A DNA stretch of 64,000 nucleotides from Cyanophora paradoxa CCMP329 (GCA_004431415.1 QPMI01000477.1:248001-312000); one strand, 5' to 3'; numbered from the stretch's first letter, positions 11,801-23,774 are shown. Notes: a model not told the origin generated them from the letters alone. Numbers and translations: made by a program.

Positions 11801-14800
11801 CCCCGCTGGCCCCACGCGGGCCCCGCACTGTCCGCTGTGAATATGAGTGGTTCGCATGATTACTTGAAGATTTTCCCATGCCGCAGTGCATAACTTGGCT
11901 CGGCCTCCGCCGGATGCATTCCGCAGGAAACAAAGCTCATGATCAGGGAGCCGGGCGCCGGTGTTGCATCAAGAGCTTATATTATAATAACGATCTAATA
12001 TAACGATCGAGTTCGCAATCGCGACCTGCAGCTGGCCATGGGCCAGCGACGAGCCGTGTTAATGCAACCATATGCATTGGTCAGGAGTCGCAGTCCTGCA
12101 CGACCGGCCTTCGAATTCGGAAATCGGAATTCGAAAGTCGTTATCGATTCTTGAGCTTCACCCAATCTCATCATGAGCATGAGCTTTTTAACAATGGCCA
12201 CGTCGCAAAGCTTAAGATTCCGAATCCGAAGTTCATTTCAATGTGCGCGACGTCAACCCCGTGCACGCCCCGGCCTTTGTGGGCCCTGCACTGGTACGCA
12301 CGCGGGCCCCGCTGGCCCCACGCGGGCCCCGCACTGTCCGCTGTGAATATGAGTGGTTCGCATGATTACTTGAAGATTTTCCCATGCCGCAGTGCATAAC
12401 TTGGCTCGGCCTCCGCCGGATGCATTCCGCAGGAAACAAAGCTCATGATCAGGGAGCCGGGCGCCGGTGTTGCATCAAGAGCTTATAATAACGATCTAAT
12501 CTAACGTTCGAGTTCGCAATCGCGACCTGCAGCTGGCCATGGGCCAGCGACGAGCCGTGTTAATGCAACCATATGCATTGGTCAGGAGTCGCAGTCCTGC
12601 ACGACCGGCCTTCGAATTCGGAAATCGGAATTCGAAAGTCGTTATCGATTCTTGAGCTTCACCCAATCTCATCATGAGCATGAGCTTTTTAACAATGGCC
12701 ACGTCGCAAAGCTTAAGATTCCGAATCCGAAGTTCATTTCAATGTGCGCGACGTCAACCCGTACACGCCCGGCCTTTGTGGGCCCTGCACTGGTACGCAC
12801 GCGGGCCCTGCTGGCCCCACGCGGGCCCCGCACTGTCCGCTGTGAATATGAGTGGTTCGCATGATTACTTGAAGATTTTCCCATGCCGCAGTGCATAACT
12901 TGGCTCGGCCTCCGCCGGATGCATTCCGCAGGAAACAAAGCTCATGATCAGGGAGCCGGGCGCCGGTGTTGCATCAAGAGCTTATAATAACGATCTAATA
13001 TAACGTTCGAGTTCGCAATCGCGACCTGCAGCTGGCCATGGGCCAGCGACGAGCCGTGTTAATGCAACCATATGCATTGGTCAGGAGTCGCAGTCCTGCA
13101 CGACCGGCCTTCGAATTCGGAAATCGGAATTCGAAAGTCGTTATCGATTCTTGAGCTTCACCCAATCTCATCATGAGCATGAGCTTTTTAACAATGGCCA
13201 CGTCGCAAAGCTTAAGATTCCGAATCCGAAGTTCATTTCAATGTGCGCGACGTCAACCGCGTGCACGCCCAGCTGCAGGCCTTTGTGGCCCTGCACTGGT
13301 ACGCACGCGGGCCCTGCTGGCCCCAAGCGGGCCCCGCACTGTCCGCTGTGAATATGAGTGGTTCGCATGATTACTTGAAGATTTTCCCATGCCGCAGTGC
13401 ATAACTTGGCTCGGCCTCCGCCGGATGCATTCCGCAGGAAACAAAGCTCATGATCAGGGAGCCGGGCGCCGGTGTTGCATCAAGAGCTTATAATAACGAT
13501 CTAATCTAACGTTCGAGTTCGCAATCGCGACCTGCAGCTGGTCATGGGCCAGCGACGAGCCGTGTTAATGCAACCATATGCATTGGTCAGGAGTCGCAGT
13601 CCTGCACGACCGGCCTTCGAATTCGGAAATCGGAATTCGAAAGTCGTTATCGATTCTTGAGCTTCACCCAATCTCATCATGAGCATGAGCTTTTTAACAA
13701 TGGCCACGTCGCAAAGCTTCAGATTCCGAATCCGAAGTTCATTTCAATGTGCGCGACGTCAACCCCGTACACGCCCCGGGCTTTGTGGGCCCTGCACTGG
13801 TACGCACGCGGGCCCCGCTGGCCCCACGCGGGCCCCGCACTGTCCGCTGTGAATATGAGTGGTTCGCATGATTACTTGAAGATTTTCCCATGCCGCAGTG
13901 CATAACTTGGCTCGGCCTCCGCCGGATGCATTCCGCAGGAAACAAAGCTCATGATCAGGGAGCCGGGCGCCGGTGTTGCATCAAGAGCTTATATTATAAT
14001 AACGATCTAATATAACGATCGAGTTCGCAATCGCGACCTGCAGCTGGCCATGGGCCAGCGACGAGCCGTGTTAATGCAACCATATGCATTGGTCAGGAGT
14101 CGCAGTCCTGCACGACCGGCCTTCGAATTCGGAAATCGGAATTCGAAAGTCGTTATCGATTCTTGAGCTTCACCCAATCTCATCATGAGCATGAGCTTTT
14201 TAACAATGGCCACGTCGCAAAGCTTAAGATTCCGAATCCGAAGTTCATTTCAATGTGCGCGACGTCAACCCCGTGCACGCCCGGCCTTTGTGGGCCCTGC
14301 ACTGGTACGCACGCGGGCCCGCTGGCCCCACGCGGGCCCCGCACTGTCCGCTGTGAATATGAGTGGTTCGCATGATTACTTGAAGATTTTCCCATGCCGC
14401 AGTGCATAACTTGGCTCGGCCTCCGCCGGATGCATTCCGCAGGAAACAAAGCTCATGATCAGGGAGCCGGGCGCCGGTGTTGCATCAAGAGCTTATAATA
14501 ACGATCTAATCTAACGTTCGAGTTCGCAATCGCGACCTGCAGCTGGCCATGGGCCAGCGACGAGCCGTGTTAATGCAACCATATGCATTGGTCAGGAGTC
14601 GCAGTCCTGCACGACCGGCCTTCGAATTCGGAAATCGGAATTCGAAAGTCGTTATCGATTCTTGAGCTTCACCCAATCTCATCATGAGCATGAGCTTTTT
14701 AACAATGGCCACGTCGCAAAGCTTAAGATTCCGAATCCGAAGTTCATTTCAATGTGCGCGACGTCAACCCCGTACACGCCCCGGCCTTTGTGGGCCCTGC

Positions 14801-16997
14801 ACTGGTACGCACGCGGGCCCTGCTGGCCCCACGCGGGCCCCGCACTGTCCGCTGTGAATATGAGTGGTTCGCATGATTACTTGAAGATTTTCCCATGCCG
14901 CAGTGCATAACTTGGCTCGGCCTCCGCCGGATGCATTCCGCAGGAAACAAAGCTCATGATCAGGGAGCCGGGCGCCGGTGTTGCATCAAGAGCTTATAAT
15001 AACGATCTAATCTAACGATCGAGTTCGCAATCGCGACCTGCAGCTGGCCATGGGCCAGCGACGAGCCGTGTTAATGCAACCATATGCATTGGTCAGGAGT
15101 CGCAGTCCTGCACGACCGGCCTTCGAATTCGGAAATCGGAATTCGAAAGTCGTTATCGATTCTTGAGCTTCACCCAATCTCATCATGAGCATGAGCTTTT
15201 TAACAATGGCCACGTCGCAAAGCTTAAGATTCCGAATCCGAAGTTCATTTCAATGTGCGCGACGTCAACCCCGTACACGCCCCGGCCTTTGTGGGCCCTG
15301 CACTGGTACGCACGCGGGCCCTGCTGGCCCCACGCGGGCCCCGCACTGTCCGCTGTGAATATGAGTGGTTCGCATGATTACTTGAAGATTTTCCCATGCC
15401 GCAGTGCATAACTTGGCTCGGCCTCCGCCGGATGCATTCCGCAGGAAACAAAGCTCATGATCAGGGAGCCGGGCGCCGGTGTTGCATCAAGAGCTTATAA
15501 TAACGATCTAATCTAACGTTCGAGTTCGCAATCGCGACCTGCAGCTGGCCATGGGCCAGCGACGAGCCGTGTTAATGCAACCATATGCATTGGTCAGGAG
15601 TCGCAGTCCTGCACGACCGGCCTTCGAATTCGGAAATCGGAATTCGAAAGTCGTTATCGATTCTTGAGCTTCACCCAATCTCATCATGAGCATGAGCTTT
15701 TTAACAATGGCCACGTCGCAAAGCTTAAGATTCCGAATCCGAAGTTCATTTCAATGTGCGCGACGTCAACCCCGTGCACGCCCCGGCCTTTGTGGGCCCT
15801 GCACTGGTACGCACGCGGGCCCCGCTGGCCCCACGCGGGCCCCGCACTGTCCGCTGTAAATATGAGTGGTTCGCATGATTACTTGAAGATTTTCCCATGC
15901 CGCAGTGCATAACTTGGCTCGGCCTCCGCCGGATGCATTCCGCAGGAAACAAAGCTCATGATCAGGGAGCCGGGCGCCGGTGTTGCATCAAGAGCTTATA
16001 ATAACGATCTAATATAACGTTCGAGTTCGCAATCGCGACCTGGCCATGGGCCAGCGACGAGCCGTGTTAATGCAACCATATGCATTGGTCGCTGTCCTGC
16101 ACGACCGGCCTTCGAATTCGGAAATCGGAATTCGAAAGTCGTTATCGATTCTTGAGCTTCACCCAATCTCATCATGAGCATGAGCTTTTTAACAATGGCC
16201 ACGTCGCAAAGCTTAAGATTCCGAATCCGAAGTTCATTTCAATGTGCGCGACGTCAACCGCGTGCACGCCCAGCTGCAGGCCTTTGTGGGCCCTGCACTG
16301 GTACGCACGCGGGCCCTGCTGGCCCCAAGCGGGCCCCGCACTGTCCGCTGTGAATATGAGTGGTTCGCATGATTACTTGAAGATTTTCCCATGCCGCAGT
16401 GCATAACTTGGCTCGGCCTCCGCCGGATGCATTCCGCAGGAAACAAAGCTCATGATCAGGGAGCCGGGCGCCGGTGTTGCATCAAGAGCTTATAATAACG
16501 ATCTAATATAACGTTCGAGTTCGCAATCGCGACCTGCAGCTGGCCATGGGCCAGCGACGAGCCGTGTTAATGCAACCATATGCATTGGTCAGGAGTCGCA
16601 GTCCTGCACGACCGGCCTCCGAATTCGGAAATCGGAATTCGAAAGTCGTTATCGATTCTTGAGCTTCACCCAATCTCATCATGAGCATGAGCTTTTTAAC
16701 AATGGCCACGTCGCAAAGCTTAAGATTCCGAATCCGAAGTTCATTTCAATGTGCGCGACGTCAACCCCGTACACGCCCCGGCCTTTGTGGGCCCTGCACT
16801 GGTACGCACGCGGGCCCCGCTGGCCCCACGCGGGCCCCGCACTGTCCGCTGTGAATATGAGTGGTTCGCATGATTACTTGAAGATTTTCCCATGCCGCAG
16901 TGCATAACTTGGCTCGGCCTCCGCCGGATGCATTCCGCAGGAAACAAAGCTCATGATCAGGGAGCCGGCCGCGGGCGCCGGTGTTGCATCAAGAGCT
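8900..16997. repeat. Tandem satellite, ~501-bp unit, ~16 copies
   Basis: Unit CTCATGATCAGGGAGCCGGGCGCCGGTGTTGCATCAAGAGC... recurs at ~501-507 bp spacing with near-identical copies. Confidence 0.97.
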
Positions 16998-17335
16998 CAT
17001 GATCCTCGAGGCTACGTGCAAGGTCGTTTCGAATTCCAGCGCTGGCGACGTCCGGATCCGAAATTAAAGCTATGTATAAGTACAAGTAGTCAGAGGGGCC
17101 GGGGATCCGGAGCCTTGGAGAAAGAAGAGGGGAGAAAGGAGAGGTATTCGGCTCAGCGAACTCGAATTCATGGCCCGATTCTATGATTTATCGATGCCAT
17201 GATGGATTTGCATGGGTAGCGCTACTATAGCTATAGCTAGGCTAGCTAGCCGGGCCTGATATCGATATCGATCCGGCCGCGGATGCATATATATATGGTC
17301 ATGCATATACTGACTCTGGGATACATATATATATA

Positions 17336-17534
17336 CTAGTGGCCCGGCCGCGTTTTGGCGCGCCGGGGGTGCAAGGGGGGAATCTGGATCTAATGAAAGA
17401 GTAGTAGTGGCACGAACATGCACGGGGCAGATGTAGATCGACCCCGGCCCAGCGCGCGCGGCAGGTTGCAATTGAAGTAGTAAAGATAGAGACAGATTAT
17501 GACTGTAAAGAGTAGAAAAGGGCTGATAAGCAGA
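17336..17534 (-). mobile_element. Second copy of the Helitron 3' terminus (199 bp)
   Basis: Identical by eye to 4878-5076, including hairpin, CTAG|T and subTIR. Identity stops abruptly where the AT-rich PLV-1 sequence begins. Confidence 0.9.
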
Positions 17535-17882
17535 AAAAAATGGTATATTGGGCGTTCTGCCCCACAATACCATATATCGTCTCACATCTTATAGAATTTC
17601 ATAAATCCTTACCATAACCGTTTTTTCGATCGATTCTACACGACAATATACGATATTTCTCGATTGTCGTACTTTGATACTCCTCGATTGTCGTACTTTA
17701 ATCGACGAAATCCACAAAACCAACACCAAACCAACACCACACCAATACCAAACCAACACCACACCAATTCCCCACGTAATCCCACCGATTCAAAACCAAA
17801 ATTTCATTTTCTTCGATTACCTGTATTCACCCTATCGAATACGTTTTAATCACATAAAGATTTATCTAAACTTCTGTTAAAA

Positions 17883-18221
17883 ATGGAACCCAAACCAAAA
17901 GCAACCCGTTATTATATTGTCTCACGCTACGAGGATCGTAAGGAAGTTAAACAAATGGGTGGTCGATGGGATCCGGATACTCACCTTTGGTATACTACTA
18001 AAAAAGATAGCGAACTTTTGAAAAAGTATAAACAACTCACAAAAGAGGAAGTAAAAGGAATCGATCAAATTGTATATATCACGGTTCCTTACAGCGAAAA
18101 AGAAGAAGCGAAACAGTATGGCGCACGATGGGACAATGAAAATGGTTCATGGTTCATGCGCGGAATCCACCATAACGAGGTTTTCGAAAAATACAAACCG
18201 GTTAGATTTATCGACGAGTAA
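17883..18221 (+). CDS. Small protein with two DUF5710-like repeats
   Basis: YIVSRYEDRKEVKQMGGRWDPDTHLWY and YITVPYSEKEEAKQYGARWDNENGSWF. Confidence 0.8.
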   Translation: MEPKPKATRYYIVSRYEDRKEVKQMGGRWDPDTHLWYTTKKDSELLKKYKQLTKEEVKGIDQIVYITVPYSEKEEAKQYGARWDNENGSWFMRGIHHNEVFEKYKPVRFIDE

Positions 18222-19266
18222 GCCCGCTCCTCAAATTATATTTCTTTCGAACTACAACCTTCCTATTGGGTTTAATCCCTTCTTTCGCTACTAATCTATT
18301 TACTTTTGTTGTTTTTCTAACTCTCTCTACGCGTTTCTGTGTGGGAATCTTAACAATTGCGTCCTTATCTACCTTCTGTAACTCGTTCATCTTAAAGTTT
18401 CTACGCACCTCTTTGGGAGTCTCTCCTTCGTTCTCTTCCAATAAACTAAATCGATTACCTACTTTACCTGCTACCTTGTAAACCTGCTTCGTGTATCTTG
18501 CACCTTCCTTATCGAATACCTTCTTTTCTGTCACAGCACGAACATAATCACCCTCTTTAAAAGTGGGCATCTGCTCCTTAATTCTCTTGTTATGCACAGC
18601 ATCCCTGAAATATATGAACGACTGCTTTTCGTTATTACCATACACTGCATTGGGTGAATCATTCTTTAAAGAAACATGAGGTGAATTATTGTAAGTCATT
18701 AAAACGTCTTTATAGTATTCTGTCCACTTTGGGTTTCCACTTGATGTAATCGCCTTTCTTAAATATTGCTTGAATGTCCTTGTGAACCTATCGATAATCC
18801 CCAATTTATCGCCTACTGTTATGTGGTCATTCTTAGCTACGTCTGTATAGAGTGTTACATTGTTCTCCTCACACCATTTACGATACATTTCAGCTGAAAA
18901 CTCATTATCTCCTGCGATCGCATTCACCTTACCTGCTTCAACCTTGAACCTATTGAGAATCTCTATTTTCGAGTCTCCCATTTTGAATGGATACACGAAC
19001 GCTTTACGACTCAATATGTCAATAAATCCCATCATCCTGTCGATTCCATTATTTCCCGTTTTGTAGTTCTTGAAAAATATCACGTCCACCTGGAAGGAAT
19101 TAGGCGGCGCTACTATTCTGAGAAATGTCTTCTGCTTTTTGGGTTTCTTAAAGATCTGGTCGATCTCTTGATTTTTAAAACGTTTCCGTAGTTCTTCTTC
19201 ATCAAATTTAACACCATCATTAATTAGTTTCTGTCGATATTTGGTATAGCTAAGCACCTGATCCAT
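18208..19266 (-). CDS. Retroviral-like (rve) integrase of Polinton type
   Basis: FQVDVIFF, IDILSRKAFVYP, AGDNEF, GIIDRFTRTFK, YNNSPHVSLKNDSP; C-terminal FKEGDYVR...VFDKEGARYT. Confidence 0.92.
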   Translation of the reverse strand: MDQVLSYTKYRQKLINDGVKFDEEELRKRFKNQEIDQIFKKPKKQKTFLRIVAPPNSFQVDVIFFKNYKTGNNGIDRMMGFIDILSRKAFVYPFKMGDSKIEILNRFKVEAGKVNAIAGDNEFSAEMYRKWCEENNVTLYTDVAKNDHITVGDKLGIIDRFTRTFKQYLRKAITSSGNPKWTEYYKDVLMTYNNSPHVSLKNDSPNAVYGNNEKQSFIYFRDAVHNKRIKEQMPTFKEGDYVRAVTEKKVFDKEGARYTKQVYKVAGKVGNRFSLLEENEGETPKEVRRNFKMNELQKVDKDAIVKIPTQKRVERVRKTTKVNRLVAKEGIKPNRKVVVRKKYNLRSGLTRR

Positions 19267-19274
19267 TTATATAT

Positions 19275-22200
19275 CTACTGGGTTTTTGTTTGCGGCACAC
19301 TTAGCGAGCGATAGTGTCCAATCGCAAGAGTAGAATAGAGATCTTCACAGAGATACCTCTTAGTATCGAGCGCATTAAATGCCCGTTTCTTCATTTCCTG
19401 CGTTGTTACTTCGTGGTTCTTTGATCGGAAACCTCTAACTGTTACTTGCTCTTGCTCCTGCATTGGATTCATGACAGTGTTGTAGAATTGCTGGAACTCT
19501 AACCTATTCTGCACTACTGACCTCTGAACTCCCTTCAACTTTTTAACAGTTTTCTTCTCCGAATCTTTTTCGAGACCAAGAGCCTTCACATTCAACTCCT
19601 TCTTATAAGAATATGCCTTTGGCTTGTATCCCGCGAATCCTGTAACAATGTAATCGCTGCTGTCATCCTTGAACAACCCCGGAACCTTCTTATTCTTCGG
19701 GTTGTAGCACATGTGTGATTTACTGTAATCGGACTGATCGAACCAATGCGCGTCTGTATTCATATCCTTATAGATATCTTCGGTTTCGATCACGTAATAC
19801 AGCGAATCGGTGTCTGTCATCAGAAGTCTCGCACGATCCTTACCATACTTCTCCATGATGTAATCGTAGTGGAACTCATACATGATCAGTTTCGAAAGAT
19901 CCAAGATGGCTTGACCGACGAAAATTGGCTTGTCCAACGTAATGGAACCCTTGTAGAACTCAATGGCTGTGAGATTCTCATTAATGATCTTCATAGTCTT
20001 CAACAATGGGTTACCGTTGTGTTTGAGTTGCTTCTTTGGATCACAGCACAACTTAATGTTACTGCGCTTCCTCACATTCTCCATAGTCTTACCGAAAACC
20101 GAGTTATTCATGAGTTTGTAAAAGTCCTTTTCGAAATCGTTTCGCGCCTGTGTCCTCAGTTTCGTGTTAAGGTCTATGTAAGGTTTCAACCATTCCGATT
20201 GATCGTAAATAACACCACGATGCACTTTCGTAACTTTCATGCCCTTCTTCACGTAATACTGCAAGTTCTTGATGTGGAGGATGTAGTTCTTTTTGTCCAT
20301 CAGATTCGGCACCAACTTACGAGTCTCTGGTAGCTTGTCCTCACCAATCATTTCCAATTGCGTAGCTGAAAGCATTTCACGCGTAACTACAAGCGACTCA
20401 GGAGCTAACGGAAGATCGTTATGTAGATCGTGTAGATGGGGTGGATACTCTAAGTCAACCTCCAATGTCGCGCCTTGTTCTCCTTCTGAATCGAACCCCA
20501 TGTAATCGAAATCATCTATGTTGTCAATCCACTCAAAGTAGCGGTAGGGAAGCTTGAAACTCATCGCCTTTCCATACAGATTATTTGCATCCCAAGGCAT
20601 GATATACTTCGTCGGCTTCGATGAATCGTAAGACTCAATGTAGGGGTTGTTTGCCTCTCCGTATCGATTGGAAATTGAAGAAACACCACCACGAATTCCC
20701 ATCTCAAAGAACCGATACATATCGGGGTCATAGAGTTGTTCTATCACAACTCCTGTATACTTCAACATTGCAAACCACGACAGGTGAGGTGCTGAGACGA
20801 AATGGATCGGGTCAATTTCGTATTGCTCATAGCAAACATTGCGGAATGTATCGAATACATCCGCAAGTAGCGCAACATCGGTAGCAAGGTAGATATCGTG
20901 ATAGTCTCCGAGCGTCTTACACTTGAAAGCATTCCAAACCTTCACACAATGGGTGTAATCCTCATCGCTTATCGCTGTGTCGTTCAGTTTCGAGTAAAAC
21001 GCATCTTTTGGTGGTAATTGCGTCTCATTGAGTTTTTCGAAACTGTCGAGGTAATCGTAAGGGAAATGTCCTTTTTTCATCAGTAGTTCACGCTGTTGTT
21101 TGGTGTATTTCATGGAATCACACCATTCGTTTGTGAACTTGAAATTGTCCTTTCCAAGATTCTTAACGAGACTGTCGAGACTGGAAGCCATGAAATTCAG
21201 AGAATCCAAGAACTTGTAAGCTCCAACATCAAACGTTACGAACTTTTCGAAATTCTGCGCAATACAACGAATTTCACCACTGGTATTAGCGAAATCTTTC
21301 ATTGCTTTGAGAATGTAATGACCATCGTAACCTTTCAGATTGTGGAAAATTACGGGATTTTTTGGATTAATGCGACGTTTAAGGTTGCAAGTATTGCAAG
21401 CCGCCCCGAGATATTTACCTGCTGTGTGGTCATGATCGCGAACAGGTTTCTCTCCTATTCTGAAAGGACAACCACAGATATAACACGAGAAAGCGTTTTT
21501 GAAATCTTCCTTATCTTCGGAGGTCATTACCATTGGCTCAACAATTCGCAACCTGTTGAGAAGGTCAGACTCCATTAAACGCAACGTTTGCATGAAATGC
21601 TCCGTAACCTCATCATCGTTCTCTGGGTTTTGCTTCCGATACAAGACCTGCTTAATGATCTCCCCATTGTGGATAACCATAACCTTGTATCCGCTGGGTA
21701 TGTGTTTCTGGTATACCTCTGTGTTATCACCGCGTCTCTCTTGCACCTTTTGTAAGATACATTCGAAATCACCAACAATGAACATCGGATGTCTAACCGT
21801 CTTATCTATGTGTTCCCGTGGATTCCATCTAATATCTGAGTCAGGATCGGGCATGGTATCAACCGTCGCATTTGGGCGATCGTAGCACTTGTTGTATTTA
21901 ATGTGATTTTCTAAGATTCTCTCAGCCGTGAAACCCCTCAAACACGCCTTACAGTAATACTTTGTTCCGTGGTGTGAACTGGGAATGAGTCGTGACAGGC
22001 TGGAAATGTAACCGTAATGCATGGTGTCTGATTTCTCATCACCCCAAACAAGAATGTCAATGGTCTCATGTTGTCTGTTAGGGTCTTTGCATATGTGGAT
22101 TGGAACAACACGGAGGCTTTTAGTTTCCTTATCCTCTTCGAGAGAGTATACATTAATTGGACGTCCCACCATTTTAGAAGCCCTTTCGTATTCACGGGGG

Positions 22201-23249
22201 TTATTCTTCAATCGGAATTGGAAGCTATCCCAATTAAACTCCTTCTCATACTTCCTGTATCTCTTCACATCGTAACGGTGTTTATTGGATAGTTCATGGT
22301 GATGTAGTCCAATAATCACCGCCCATGCAAAGCACTTTTGGTCGTCGTTCTGTGGATTGATAACCGCCTTTTTCGCTTCTATCTCCTTGGGAAGCGGAAT
22401 GTAAGAGCTACCGGCAATCGGCTGATACGTGAGAATTTGTAGCGAGAACTTTATGATATTATCCAACTCACCACTGGGGTGTGATTCGAGAATTTCTTGT
22501 AGTTCGTCTACTGACTCATCCACAGTGTTTACGGTTTCGCGCTCATTCACGATAAGGAAGTATCGTGTGGGAATTCCCGTATACGTGTCGTATCCATATC
22601 TGCCCGTGTATCTTCCATTTTCTAAGAGCGGTTTCTTATAAATTGCGGTCACAGTCAGATGGAATTTAATACCACGTCTATTCCTCACCGCTTCGCGGAA
22701 ACGACCGTAGAAAGCATTCCATCCTATTATCCTGTCGATGAACTCATGAACCGATGCTACTTTATTAGTTCTCTGATTCTTCCATGTGACCTCAACCACG
22801 AGATTATTCATGGCTTGCATAATTTCAATCTCATTGCGATATCTACGCTCCTTTGCCCATTCTTGCTTCGCCTTCTGTTTCTCAACATTCTTAGCGGCTC
22901 TCTCCGCTCTCTTCTCCTTCTTCTCTTGCTTCCTCTCCGCTCTCTTGTTCCGCTTCTCAGCGATCCGCTCCGCTTTGGTCTTCTTTTTCCCTTCTCCAAT
23001 GTCTTCAATGTTACCGAGTCTACCTATTTCGTTCTGCTCATTCAGTCTCCCCTCACCTCTGCCGATTATGTCTTTGATTGAGTATCTTATGTCTCTCAGA
23101 GCATTCGACCGTGGTCTTTTCACGAAAGCAAAGTAACCGAATGCATTGAATTGCTCCACCGTCATAAAGTCATTTGCGAGGGCATACCCAAGATCAGCAA
23201 GTATAAGTCGTCTCTCCTTAGCGTTCTGAATACTAACAGCGCGAGGCAT
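19275..23249 (-). CDS. Protein-primed family B DNA polymerase (pPolB), intact
   Basis: Exo motifs GDFEC, HNLKGYD and YLATDV; pol motifs WDANNLYG, KLMNNSVFGK and TDTDS; EndoVII-like Zn insert CYICG..DHDH..CNTCN; N-terminal NDDQKCFAWA/HYGYI (vOTU-like). Confidence 0.97.
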   Translation of the reverse strand: MPRAVSIQNAKERRLILADLGYALANDFMTVEQFNAFGYFAFVKRPRSNALRDIRYSIKDIIGRGEGRLNEQNEIGRLGNIEDIGEGKKKTKAERIAEKRNKRAERKQEKKEKRAERAAKNVEKQKAKQEWAKERRYRNEIEIMQAMNNLVVEVTWKNQRTNKVASVHEFIDRIIGWNAFYGRFREAVRNRRGIKFHLTVTAIYKKPLLENGRYTGRYGYDTYTGIPTRYFLIVNERETVNTVDESVDELQEILESHPSGELDNIIKFSLQILTYQPIAGSSYIPLPKEIEAKKAVINPQNDDQKCFAWAVIIGLHHHELSNKHRYDVKRYRKYEKEFNWDSFQFRLKNNPREYERASKMVGRPINVYSLEEDKETKSLRVVPIHICKDPNRQHETIDILVWGDEKSDTMHYGYISSLSRLIPSSHHGTKYYCKACLRGFTAERILENHIKYNKCYDRPNATVDTMPDPDSDIRWNPREHIDKTVRHPMFIVGDFECILQKVQERRGDNTEVYQKHIPSGYKVMVIHNGEIIKQVLYRKQNPENDDEVTEHFMQTLRLMESDLLNRLRIVEPMVMTSEDKEDFKNAFSCYICGCPFRIGEKPVRDHDHTAGKYLGAACNTCNLKRRINPKNPVIFHNLKGYDGHYILKAMKDFANTSGEIRCIAQNFEKFVTFDVGAYKFLDSLNFMASSLDSLVKNLGKDNFKFTNEWCDSMKYTKQQRELLMKKGHFPYDYLDSFEKLNETQLPPKDAFYSKLNDTAISDEDYTHCVKVWNAFKCKTLGDYHDIYLATDVALLADVFDTFRNVCYEQYEIDPIHFVSAPHLSWFAMLKYTGVVIEQLYDPDMYRFFEMGIRGGVSSISNRYGEANNPYIESYDSSKPTKYIMPWDANNLYGKAMSFKLPYRYFEWIDNIDDFDYMGFDSEGEQGATLEVDLEYPPHLHDLHNDLPLAPESLVVTREMLSATQLEMIGEDKLPETRKLVPNLMDKKNYILHIKNLQYYVKKGMKVTKVHRGVIYDQSEWLKPYIDLNTKLRTQARNDFEKDFYKLMNNSVFGKTMENVRKRSNIKLCCDPKKQLKHNGNPLLKTMKIINENLTAIEFYKGSITLDKPIFVGQAILDLSKLIMYEFHYDYIMEKYGKDRARLLMTDTDSLYYVIETEDIYKDMNTDAHWFDQSDYSKSHMCYNPKNKKVPGLFKDDSSDYIVTGFAGYKPKAYSYKKELNVKALGLEKDSEKKTVKKLKGVQRSVVQNRLEFQQFYNTVMNPMQEQEQVTVRGFRSKNHEVTTQEMKKRAFNALDTKRYLCEDLYSTLAIGHYRSLSVPQTKTQ

Positions 23250-23519
23250 CTCTTTGGCGTTCTATAATATATTCAAAGAAAATTATCCTTAAATCATTTT
23301 TTCACCTTAACGTCATTTTTTGTCCACGATTCTTTTTCGATTGCGGGCATTTCGTAAAAATAACAAAAGGGTCGACCATCAATTGGTGAATAGATCTTTT
23401 CGATTAAAGTACATCAATCGAGAAGTATCAAAATACGATGGTTCTAAAAATAACACGAAGGGGTTTAGCGCGATTGCGCTTATTTGTCTTCTCAGAGCAA
23501 GCGCGCCGAGAAAAAAGAT

Positions 23520-23774
23520 TTAGATATATTTCGATGGGCGACCCACATTATTGTAGGGAACACCAAACAAGAACTTAACGAAACAGATCGCATTATTTGA
23601 ATACGCTCTGTAACTTGCTTGAACTATCTTCATAGAGCGGTAGCATTCATCAGATTGATATAATTCGAATACCTTCTTGCGCATTTTCTCTTTGTTCTTT
23701 TGGAGGGCAATTTTGCCCTTACCGGTTGCCCGATAATTGGCATTCGCGCGCTTTTGGGCTGCACTGGTCGACAT
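23520..23774 (-). CDS. Conserved 84-aa basic PLV protein (homolog of 56301-56555)
   Basis: MSTSAAQKRA..KGK..YRSMKI..NAICFVKFLFGVPYNNVGRPSKYI aligns with MPLSEAQKRA..KGK..YRAMKI..NAVCFVKYLYDVPYSNRGRKSKHV. Confidence 0.8.
   Translation of the reverse strand: MSTSAAQKRANANYRATGKGKIALQKNKEKMRKKVFELYQSDECYRSMKIVQASYRAYSNNAICFVKFLFGVPYNNVGRPSKYI

Noticed and set aside
8962-16947. Repeated 68-88 aa ORFs in the 501-bp array (and 60-82 aa ORFs in the 142-bp array)
   Set aside because: They overlap on both strands, lack motifs and are broken by indels; they are by-products of the repeat.
1-16997. CRISPR-like arrays
   Set aside because: Units are repeated in full with no unique spacers, and there are no cas genes; these are satellites.
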